This document shows, in pieces, positions 8,701 through 14,324 of a stretch of DNA of 14,324 bases (the first letter of the stretch is position 1; every line of letters begins with the position of its first letter). The position numbers and the translations under genes were made by a program. The notes beneath the pieces are model-generated. The model was not told the DNA's origin. It saw only the letters and a program-made list of their open reading frames with translations, and made no database searches. The stretch is from Nanobdellota archaeon (GTDB taxonomy: Archaea; Nanobdellota; Nanobdellia; SCGC-AAA011-G17; JACPNG01): the NCBI GenBank assembly GCA_038046345.1, contig JBBSWJ010000020.1:1-14324 (forward strand). The letters run 5' to 3'.

Positions 8701-9557
8701 TATCACTAGCGACAATATGTAATAATCCTATCAATAATGTAACAATTGGAAAGGACAGAATGAAGCAGATGTTGCAGATCTGTGATGCTGACCACTCGAA
8801 GTATAAAGAATATTGGGATATTGTAGAAGGAGATATATACTTTGATTTAGTAAAAGAAATAAAGACTATTGACAAAGAAGAGTTTGTTTATGATATATCT
8901 GTGCCTGATGGACAAAACTTTGTTGCTGGTTTTGGGGGAATATTCGCACATAACTCTGAGAAAGGAGTGCGCAAGATTTTTGAGAAAGCAAGACAAGTTG
9001 CTCCAACTATTATCTTCTTTGATGAAGTTGATGCAATTGCCCCAAGAAGAGGAATTGAAGTTGGAAATAAAGTTACTGAAAGAATGGTTAATACCTTGTT
9101 AGTTGAGATGGATGGTCTTGAAGAGCTAAATGATGTGGTGATTATTGCCGCATCAAACAGACCCGACATTATTGATCCTGCATTATTAAGACCTGGCAGG
9201 TTTGACAGACTGCTTTTATTAGGTCCGCCAGATACTCCAGCTAGAGAACAAATATTCAAGTTACACACTAAGAACATGCCTCTTGCAAAAGATGTTGATT
9301 TGCTAAACATGGCAGAACAAACTGAAGGATACGTTGGAGCAGATATTGAAGCTATTTGCAGAGAAGCAGGATTGCTATCATTACGAGCAGATATTAATAC
9401 TAAAGAAGTTACCAAGAAATTTTTTGACGAAGCTTTGACAAGAGTAACACCATCCGTTACTGAAGAAGCCATGAGCGCATACACTGAAATAGAAGGAGAA
9501 TACTTGAAAAAAGCACGCGCTGGACTAGTCAAAGATATTCCTAGTTATCTGGGATAA
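5799..9557 (+). CDS. cdc48: CDC48/VCP family AAA+ ATPase, intein-containing; 1252-aa precursor, 757-aa mature protein
   Basis: N-domain ([25 protein letters not shown]); D1 GLPGSGKT / IIFIDEID / [13 protein letters not shown]; D2 GPPGTGKT / IIFFDEVD / [10 protein letters not shown]. Confidence 0.96.
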   Translation: MPSEANLKVMEALQEEAYKGIIRIDAETMNLIGVRPGEIVEIEGARITAGIVDRAYPTDVGQSVIRMDGIIRRNAKTGIGEYVKVRRADVKEAKTVQVAPAQKGVMIQADPELFKRSLLGRAVLKGDIISPGGTKRRRRTMSDSPYGDIFEVFEHGFMGSFGFGGLKFVIVNSNPKGVVIISDQTEITLSSKAIEVYEEKVPDVTYEDIGGLDDEIKKIREMVELPLRHPEIFERLGVQPPGGVLLHGLPGSGKTLLAKAVANESDANFLLINGPEIVNKFYGESERKLRDIFEDAEKNSPSIIFIDEIDAIAPKREDTHGEVERRIVSTLLVLLDGLKSRGKIIVIAATNRPNSIDPALRRPGRFDREIVIGAPNRKGRLEVLNVHTRNMPLEGVSLEELADITHGFVGADLLALCKEAALSVLRRLIVELRLEQKEKIPQETLEKIKVTKNDFMEALRLVRPSGLREILIETPNVGWKDIGGLEKQKQELIEAVEWPIKNPEAFKRIGIKAPKGILLYGPPGTGKTMIAKAAAKESDANFILVKGPELLDMWVGQSLPYNEEILIRKNGNVMHKKIGDIVEGKEEVDVLCFDKDLRVNFSPIEDFIKHKTKSQLVEVTTKTGRKIKVTMDHSLFSFVNGKIVSTPTGYLIPYESYIAIPRRLNLPREQLNHLNLYNGFKEDRSVFIVGASDHLKRAKKLLGNDTVAKLLNISKKYLSDILSRDLPVSLPCFIDLMTRAKLAVDHAEMRVKLKGSTHTYPANFAIDSNFWRLIGVWVAEGDFEEYMVRIHNKHPEIRSDVKQICNQYHFNFSENEDGIFITSKLVKKIFQEILCLGTGAYAKKIPTCMFTLDKKSKANFLKGYFSGDGANYPKADGKFGIESSTISKTLANDLLYILLDFGIIATNYLVNKEPHNQQYRLSILGVEHFKRFLEIGFIDTLRNERITQYIKSRKWSRSDLIPLSGGVLSLATICNNPINNVTIGKDRMKQMLQICDADHSKYKEYWDIVEGDIYFDLVKEIKTIDKEEFVYDISVPDGQNFVAGFGGIFAHNSEKGVRKIFEKARQVAPTIIFFDEVDAIAPRRGIEVGNKVTERMVNTLLVEMDGLEELNDVVIIAASNRPDIIDPALLRPGRFDRLLLLGPPDTPAREQIFKLHTKNMPLAKDVDLLNMAEQTEGYVGADIEAICREAGLLSLRADINTKEVTKKFFDEALTRVTPSVTEEAMSAYTEIEGEYLKKARAGLVKDIPSYLG
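7470..8954 (+). mobile_element. Intein in the Cdc48 D2 domain (495 aa) with LAGLIDADG homing endonuclease
   Basis: Block [11 protein letters not shown] (Ser1), block B VTMDHSLF, block [11 protein letters not shown], block [11 protein letters not shown], block [15 protein letters not shown], blocks [25 protein letters not shown], +1 Ser. Removing it restores [14 protein letters not shown], parallel to D1 [10 protein letters not shown]. Confidence 0.94.
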
Positions 9558-9590
9558 ACCACAGACTGTTCTTCCTAAAAACAAAATATT

Positions 9591-10469
9591 CTAGTCATCA
9601 GTCTTTGTGGTAACTATAGGCTTATCTTTTATTAGAATAGTATGCTCTGCTTGACTTACTAATCCTTTTGATCTTTCCACTAACTGGGGGTATTGACTTA
9701 TTATTTTTTCTTTTTCCAAAACACTAAACGCATATTCCACCATCGGCATGTTTACTGCACGCATAGAAAATGGCAATGTCTTGTACTCTTTTTCTAAGTA
9801 TTCTAGTATTTTTTTTACTTGAAGGTTTCTTACTGGCTTTTTTTTATCGATTCTAAAAATTCCTGATCCTTTCCCTTCCATTATTATGCCTTCTCCTGTT
9901 GTTGCAAATGGCTCTATTGCTATCAACATCCCTTCTTCTAATATTCTTGGATCTTTGTTGTCATAATTTGGTATTGTTATTCCTGCATGCACTACATACC
10001 TCTCTATCAAATGTCCTGATAAATTTTTTATTGGAGAAAATCCAGCACGCGTTATTGTTTCTTGTATTACTCTTCCTATCTCTCTTACCTGTATGCCTGG
10101 TTTTAAAATTTTTATTGCAGAATTTAATGCGTTCCTTGAAGCGTTTACTAAATCCTTATGTTTATCACCAATACTAACCGTTAGAGCATTGTCTGCTATC
10201 CATCCGTCTATATGTACTCCTACATCTAACTTAACTACATCACCATCTTCAAATGTAGTTGTGTCTTTTAATAATGCAACATTATGTGCAGCTACATGAT
10301 TTCTGCTTATGTTTACTGGAAAACCTAACTTTCCGCCCATGCTGTATATTTTTTCTTCAACTTTCTTTGTAACTTCAAGTATACTTTTTCCTTCTTTGAT
10401 TAATGGTTTCCCTTGTTGTAAGGCCGCTTCGGCGATTTTCCCTGCTAATAATACTTTTTCTTCATCCAT
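9591..10469 (-). CDS. map: Methionine aminopeptidase, type II (archaeal)
   Basis: GFPVNIS..HVAAH, KLDVGVHIDGWIAD, NLSGHLI, AIEPFAT, SQAEHTILI metal-ligand motifs; type II helical insert present. Confidence 0.95.
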   Translation of the reverse strand: MDEEKVLLAGKIAEAALQQGKPLIKEGKSILEVTKKVEEKIYSMGGKLGFPVNISRNHVAAHNVALLKDTTTFEDGDVVKLDVGVHIDGWIADNALTVSIGDKHKDLVNASRNALNSAIKILKPGIQVREIGRVIQETITRAGFSPIKNLSGHLIERYVVHAGITIPNYDNKDPRILEEGMLIAIEPFATTGEGIIMEGKGSGIFRIDKKKPVRNLQVKKILEYLEKEYKTLPFSMRAVNMPMVEYAFSVLEKEKIISQYPQLVERSKGLVSQAEHTILIKDKPIVTTKTDD

Positions 10470-10519
10470 GATTCCATCACAAATAAGCTACACTATTTAA
10501 GTATTTTTATGAACAAGAT

Positions 10520-11536
10520 TTATTGTAATGGCAATGATTGTACTGCTTTCCAGTATTCAAATGCTTTTTTTTGTGTTCCATCATTGTTTAATAAACTAAT
10601 ATGATTAAATGTATCTGCAGCTTCCCCGAATTCAAAGTCGTGAGGAGCTACCCATATAATCCCTTCCACTTTAATATCATTTGCTTGCTTTGTTATTTTC
10701 TTAATGTAATCAACCTGCTCTTGTTCACTTCCTTTTACCCCGATTAATATTGATTGCGATGGCCATCCTGTTTCGGTTATAAACACCGGTTTGTTTGTAT
10801 ACTTTCTGATCTCTAGCAAGTAGTCTTCTGGTATTTCTTCCACAGTTTTATAATTTAAGTATGGGTAAACAGTAAACGATACTGCATCAAGTTTTTCTTC
10901 AAACATTTTTAATAAGTGCCAGTTAGGCTCAAAATTTTGCCCGGTAAATGCTGTTTCGCCTTTCATTCTGTCTAATTGAAAATTACTCATTACTTTGGTG
11001 TTTGGACTTACCTCTTTTATTGCGTCATATATCTCTTTGTAATAATTTACAACTATCTCAAAACTTGCTGGCTCGAAAAGATAAAATGAATTAAGTTCTA
11101 CTCCAATGGACATATAACCTGGTTTGTACTTTTTCGCGATTGAAACCGCAGCTTTTTTTAAATCATCCCCTTTTGTATTTGTGAATGGTCCATCTTTATA
11201 ATCAATTATTAATGCTACATAGGGCTCTATATCATTTATTGCTTGGTACGCAACATTTACCTGTTCTGGAATGCCATCAATATCAGGAGCTGCATCAATT
11301 CTTGTGTGTACCCCATAATATTTTCCGTATGAAGCAATCTCTTTTTTAAAAAAGTCTATCCAGTCATCTTGAGAAGGATTAGGAAAGTTTCGTGGGATGA
11401 ACCCTGCTGTTCCTGTTTCAAAGCTCCTGCTTGTGATAAGAAGCTCTTTTGTTAATGGGTTTTGTTCGTTTGTTTTGTTGCATGAAGTAAGAATTAAGAG
11501 AGTGAGCATGATCATTACTATATGTCTAGCCGCCAT
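10520..11536 (-). CDS. Secreted/lipid-anchored clan GH-A-like glycoside hydrolase (GH53/GH17-like TIM barrel)
   Basis: N-terminal signal with lipobox-like LILTS|C. Putative acid/base IGVELN, DAVSFTVYPY and putative nucleophile VFITETGWPS. The family assignment is pattern-based only. Confidence 0.62.
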   Translation of the reverse strand: MAARHIVMIMLTLLILTSCNKTNEQNPLTKELLITSRSFETGTAGFIPRNFPNPSQDDWIDFFKKEIASYGKYYGVHTRIDAAPDIDGIPEQVNVAYQAINDIEPYVALIIDYKDGPFTNTKGDDLKKAAVSIAKKYKPGYMSIGVELNSFYLFEPASFEIVVNYYKEIYDAIKEVSPNTKVMSNFQLDRMKGETAFTGQNFEPNWHLLKMFEEKLDAVSFTVYPYLNYKTVEEIPEDYLLEIRKYTNKPVFITETGWPSQSILIGVKGSEQEQVDYIKKITKQANDIKVEGIIWVAPHDFEFGEAADTFNHISLLNNDGTQKKAFEYWKAVQSLPLQ

Positions 11537-11944
11537 CTTATTTGTTAGAAATAAGTGTTTATAAGCTCTTGCGATTATTAAAATTGAACTAAAAAATTAA
11601 CAGCAAGAATATTTAAGCATAAATTAATTATTTTAAGCCATACTAAGATTAAAAGTTTTAATCAGTAGCTAATAATTATACCAATAATGATAGCTATATA
11701 TATTAATCAAAAATTAAAATATTTAGTGTTATATCTGTTTTAATAAAAAGTCTTAATTAGTCAGTTTATAGGTAACCAAAAATATTTAGTGATAGGTTTA
11801 TTCAGAAATCATTAAAAAATTAATTTAATTTATGAATGCGCTCATTAGAGTATACATCAAAATATGTTCAATTTTAAAGTAGAATGGAAGATTTTATCAT
11901 AAAAGATCTAGGGTTTATGAGCTCCATAATAAAAGTAACAAATA
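11537..11944. other. Very AT-rich non-coding tract
   Basis: Hand count gives 57 G+C in 300 nt (11581-11880), about 19% GC. No ORF in the track. AAAATATTTAGTG occurs at 11716 and 11779. Confidence 0.7.
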
Positions 11945-11955
11945 AGTTCGCATAA
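11945..11955 (+). promoter_or_regulatory. Extra Xer-binding half-site upstream of dif
   Basis: AGTTCGCATAA equals the reverse complement of the dif right arm and matches the left arm 10/11; it starts 21 bp before the left arm. Confidence 0.6.
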
Positions 11956-11965
11956 GTTAGCTAAT

Positions 11966-11993
11966 GGTTCGCATAATGTATCTTATGCGAACT
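11966..11993. other. dif: dif-like Xer recombination site (11-6-11)
   Basis: GGTTCGCATAA-TGTATC-TTATGCGAACT; arms 10/11 inverted; 23/28 identical to E. coli dif GGTGCGCATAATGTATATTATGTTAAAT. The palindrome extends to 11961-11998. It lies ~100 bp upstream of a Xer recombinase gene. Confidence 0.85.
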
Positions 11994-12065
11994 ATTAGTC
12001 TGATCTTTGAAAAAGACATTATATAACCAAGAAACCAATGAGTTATCAAGATTTTTACCAACTAA

Positions 12066-12073
12066 TTTATAAG
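12066..12073 (+). promoter_or_regulatory. TATA box of xerA
   Basis: TTTATAAG centred ~26 bp upstream of ATG 12096. Confidence 0.5.
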
Positions 12074-12095
12074 TCATCACCTATACTAAAAGCAA

Positions 12096-12923
12096 ATGAC
12101 CGAGGTGATGCTAAATAATCTTGAAACAGAGCTACAATTAAGAGGATTTTCTGAAAATACCATAAAAACTTATAAAAATCATGTGAAACAGTTTATTAAA
12201 ACTTATAAGCAAGAACTAGAACATTTAGGTGAAGATGATATTAAATCATACTTTGCAGAACAAATTCGTAATAAAGTAGCACCTAGAACAATAATAGTTA
12301 AGCAAGCTGCATTAAAATTTTTTTATAGAGAAGTAATTAAGAAAGACATTGTAAAACTTAAAGCCCCAAAAATCCCAAAAACTTTCTTTGAAGTTCTTAC
12401 CAAAGATGAAATAAAAAAGATTATTGCATCAACAGGAAGCAGAAAAACAAGGTTAATAACAAAATTTCTTTATTCCACTGGTTTACGCGTGTCAGAATTA
12501 GTAAACTTAAAAATTAAAGATTTAGACCTAAATGAAAAAGCGGGGTGGGTAAGAATGGGAAAGGGGGCTAAAGATAGATTTTTTCCTTTATCTGATATAA
12601 TTGCCGTAGAACTAAAACAATATATACAACATTTGCCGTTGAATCAAGATTACTTATTTATGGGAAGGAATGGAAAATTAAGCGTGCGAAGTGTTCAAAA
12701 ATTTGTTAAAAATTCTGCAAAACGGGCCGGAATAACCAAACAGGTAACACCCCATAAGCTACGACATTCTTATGCAACCCACCTTATGGATAGTGGAATT
12801 GATGTAGTGATTATACAAGAACTTTTAGGACATAGCAATTTAAACACTACACAGATATACACTCATGTTAGCAAAGAACATCTAAAACGAGTAAAAAATC
12901 CATTAGATACTTTAGAGTTGTAG
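12096..12923 (+). CDS. xerA: XerA/XerC-like site-specific tyrosine recombinase
   Basis: SAM-like N-domain LRGFSENTIKTY; intact catalytic set R (TGLRVSE), K (GKGAK), HxxR (HKLRH), H (LLGH), Y (TQIYTHV); 275 aa with no integron-integrase insertion. Confidence 0.88.
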   Translation: MTEVMLNNLETELQLRGFSENTIKTYKNHVKQFIKTYKQELEHLGEDDIKSYFAEQIRNKVAPRTIIVKQAALKFFYREVIKKDIVKLKAPKIPKTFFEVLTKDEIKKIIASTGSRKTRLITKFLYSTGLRVSELVNLKIKDLDLNEKAGWVRMGKGAKDRFFPLSDIIAVELKQYIQHLPLNQDYLFMGRNGKLSVRSVQKFVKNSAKRAGITKQVTPHKLRHSYATHLMDSGIDVVIIQELLGHSNLNTTQIYTHVSKEHLKRVKNPLDTLEL

Positions 12924-12979
12924 ACTACGCTCAAACAAGATAACATAAAACTTATTAAGCTCTTACTCTATTTTAAATT

Positions 12980-13609
12980 ATGCCATTTTGGATATTTAAA
13001 AAGAGGGATGAATTATCTAAACATATGGATGGAATTCAAACTTCTCTTAAGATTTCTTTTAAACACATTAAAAGTGATATAAAGATTTTAACTGAATGGA
13101 TTGACCATTTTAATAATAAGCATGATAAACACGAAGAAGAAGTCGAAAAGATAAATCTTAATGTGCTAAGCTTAAATAAACGGATAATTGATATTGAGAA
13201 GGTTATTAGCAGCCTGTCCAAACAACAAACAGCTGTCCAAACACCTGTCCGTTTTAAACAGCCTCAAACGGACAACCGTTTTAAACAGCTGTTTGAACCT
13301 GTCCAAATCAAACAAGCGGGAGATACTTTTACGAAGAATATGACCCCAATGGAAAGGGCAATAATAAGTGTACTTCTCAATACAGACCTAAAGTTGAGTT
13401 ATGATGATTTAAGAGTAGCTATTGGGAGAGATAAGAGCACGATACGGGGTCAAGTAAATAATATCAAACAAAAAAACAGCAAACTCTTAAAAGAAGTTGC
13501 TGAGTCAACAGGTAGAAAACGATTTTATATTGATGAACCAACCAAAAATAGTATACTAAAAGAGCGGAACAGCCTAATAATTAATGCGGAGAACAAAAAA
13601 GGCGCATAA
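12980..13609 (+). CDS. Hypothetical protein: N-terminal coiled coil, Q/T-rich linker, C-terminal winged HTH
   Basis: Heptad-like N-half; HTH-like LSYDDLRVAIGRDKSTIRGQVNNIK followed by a wing-like ESTGRKRFYI. TATA-like TTATTAAG at 12952-12959. Confidence 0.75.
   Translation: MPFWIFKKRDELSKHMDGIQTSLKISFKHIKSDIKILTEWIDHFNNKHDKHEEEVEKINLNVLSLNKRIIDIEKVISSLSKQQTAVQTPVRFKQPQTDNRFKQLFEPVQIKQAGDTFTKNMTPMERAIISVLLNTDLKLSYDDLRVAIGRDKSTIRGQVNNIKQKNSKLLKEVAESTGRKRFYIDEPTKNSILKERNSLIINAENKKGA
13214..13307. repeat. Intragenic cluster of direct and inverted repeats in the linker-coding DNA
   Basis: CTGTCC at 13214, 13233, 13245 and 13299 (CTGTCCAAACA twice); CCGTTTTAAACAGC at 13249 and 13276; TGTCCGTTT (13246) / AAACGGACA (13266) inverted; palindrome AAACAGCTGTTT at 13283-13294. 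Confidence 0.7.
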
Positions 13610-13611
13610 TC

Positions 13612-14202
13612 CTATAAATTATCAGATAACATTTTTTGAGTTGGGTCTATCTTGTAGAAATGATTTACTAGCAAATGTTTAATATTAAGCTCTCTAAAAT
13701 CTCTGGAGATATGTAAAAAGACTGTTTTGTGATGAGCCTCTTTTGATAATGGCGCCCCTTTTTTGATAAGCGAAGAAAGGTATGATCTTACGCCCCCTTC
13801 TGATATACCAAGCTTCTTCGAGATGATAGGGTATGTAACTACCTCTTTTTCATCTTCTAACTGATATACTGTTAGTAAAATAAGCAGTTCTTTGCGAGTC
13901 AGTATTTCTAGCCAATTTGCTAATTGATTGTGAGTGAGTGAGTGAGTGAATGAGTGAGTGAGTGAGTGAGTGAGTGAATGAGTGAGTGAATGGTCCCCAT
14001 TATTGCTTATGGAAACTGTTGATTTTGGTTGTAATTGGCTGTTACTGCTTATTACATCGCTTTCTGATTTGATTTGACCCTTAACCTCAATAATAAGATT
14101 ATTAAGCTCAATAATCCTGTTTTGTAAGGCAGATATATCCTCTTTTACTTTTTTAAAGGCATTTTTTACGTTTTCTTCTATTTGATCTGTGTTTTCGGGC
14201 AT
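13612..14202 (-). CDS. Hypothetical protein: N-terminal coiled coil, (HSLT)n linker, C-terminal winged HTH
   Basis: HTH-like VTYPIISKKLGISEGGVRSYLSSLIKKG. ATG 14202 is preferred to TTG 14211 because TATA-like TTAAATAT (14223-14230) is centred ~25 bp upstream of it. Confidence 0.75.
   Translation of the reverse strand: MPENTDQIEENVKNAFKKVKEDISALQNRIIELNNLIIEVKGQIKSESDVISSNSQLQPKSTVSISNNGDHSLTHSLTHSLTHSFTHSLTHNQLANWLEILTRKELLILLTVYQLEDEKEVVTYPIISKKLGISEGGVRSYLSSLIKKGAPLSKEAHHKTVFLHISRDFRELNIKHLLVNHFYKIDPTQKMLSDNL
13930..13989 (+). repeat. Tetranucleotide microsatellite, 15 units (13 GTGA + 2 ATGA), within the CDS
   Basis: Read directly from the sequence; 60 nt, encoding HSLTHSLTHSLTHSFTHSLTH on the minus strand. 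Confidence 0.95.
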
Positions 14203-14258
14203 TTTATACAAGAAGGTTAAAGATATTTAATGATTATTGTGTTAAAATACTCAACAAG

Positions 14259-14324
14259 GAGTGAGAAGTGAGTGAGAAGTGAGTGAGAAGTGAGTGAGAA
14301 GTGAGTGAGAAGTGAGTGAGAAGT
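14259..14324 (+). repeat. Perfect 11-bp tandem array (GAGTGAGAAGT) x6, running off the window edge
   Basis: Six exact copies starting at 14259, 14270, 14281, 14292, 14303 and 14314; no spacers. Confidence 0.95.

Noticed and set aside
9540-9557. Non-canonical proteasome-gating tail of Cdc48 (ends SYLG, not strict HbYX)
   Set aside because: As I recall, Tyr-hydrophobic-Gly endings are common among archaeal Cdc48s; no sequence basis for a special claim.
12096-12923. Integron integrase with cassette array
   Set aside because: The protein lacks the IntI-specific insertion between the catalytic Lys region and HxxR; I saw no attC-like repeats flanking the neighbouring genes.
313-13221. Many short ORF-track entries (e.g. 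313-579, 1216-1404, 1500-1709, 4820-5005, 5170-5364, 7121-7456, 8888-9532, 9899-10177, 13036-13221)
   Set aside because: Antisense or alternate-frame shadows of well-supported genes, with no recognisable motifs.
13603-13610. CGCATAAT at the junction of the convergent wHTH genes, resembling a dif arm
   Set aside because: Only 8 bp match and there is no partner arm after a 6-bp spacer; compatible with chance.
14259-14324. CRISPR array
   Set aside because: The units are contiguous 11-mers with no spacers, and no cas genes are in view.
1-14324. GC-skew inversion at dif
   Set aside because: Spot counts were dominated by gene-specific codon bias (topA C-rich, cdc48 G-rich on the same strand); this needs a whole-genome computation.
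1-14324. tRNA, rRNA or IS elements
   Set aside because: No cloverleaf, rRNA-like, transposase or terminal-inverted-repeat signal recognised by eye; a covariance-model search was not possible.

Overview
AT-rich archaeal chromosomal window; a DPANN (Woesearchaeota/Pacearchaeota-like) origin is an inference from gene types and TATA promoters. The left and middle parts are housekeeping genes: a single-barrel cobalamin-independent methionine synthase-like gene (cut by the left edge and missing from the ORF track), a small HTH gene coupled to topoisomerase IA, radB, cdc48, type II map and a lipobox-bearing clan GH-A-like hydrolase. topA and cdc48 each carry a Ser1 LAGLIDADG intein (550 aa and 495 aa). 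The right 2.8 kb is the most interesting part. It holds a ~19% GC tract, then a symmetric dif site (23/28 identical to E. coli dif) with an extra half-site 21 bp upstream, then xerA. Two convergent, apparently paralogous coiled-coil + winged-helix genes follow, each with a DNA repeat cluster inside its inter-domain linker. A perfect 11-bp tandem array sharing the GTGAGTGAG core with one of those clusters runs off the right edge. This looks like a candidate chromosome-maintenance module (origin, terminus or segregation) that I do not recognise as described; its function is inference only.
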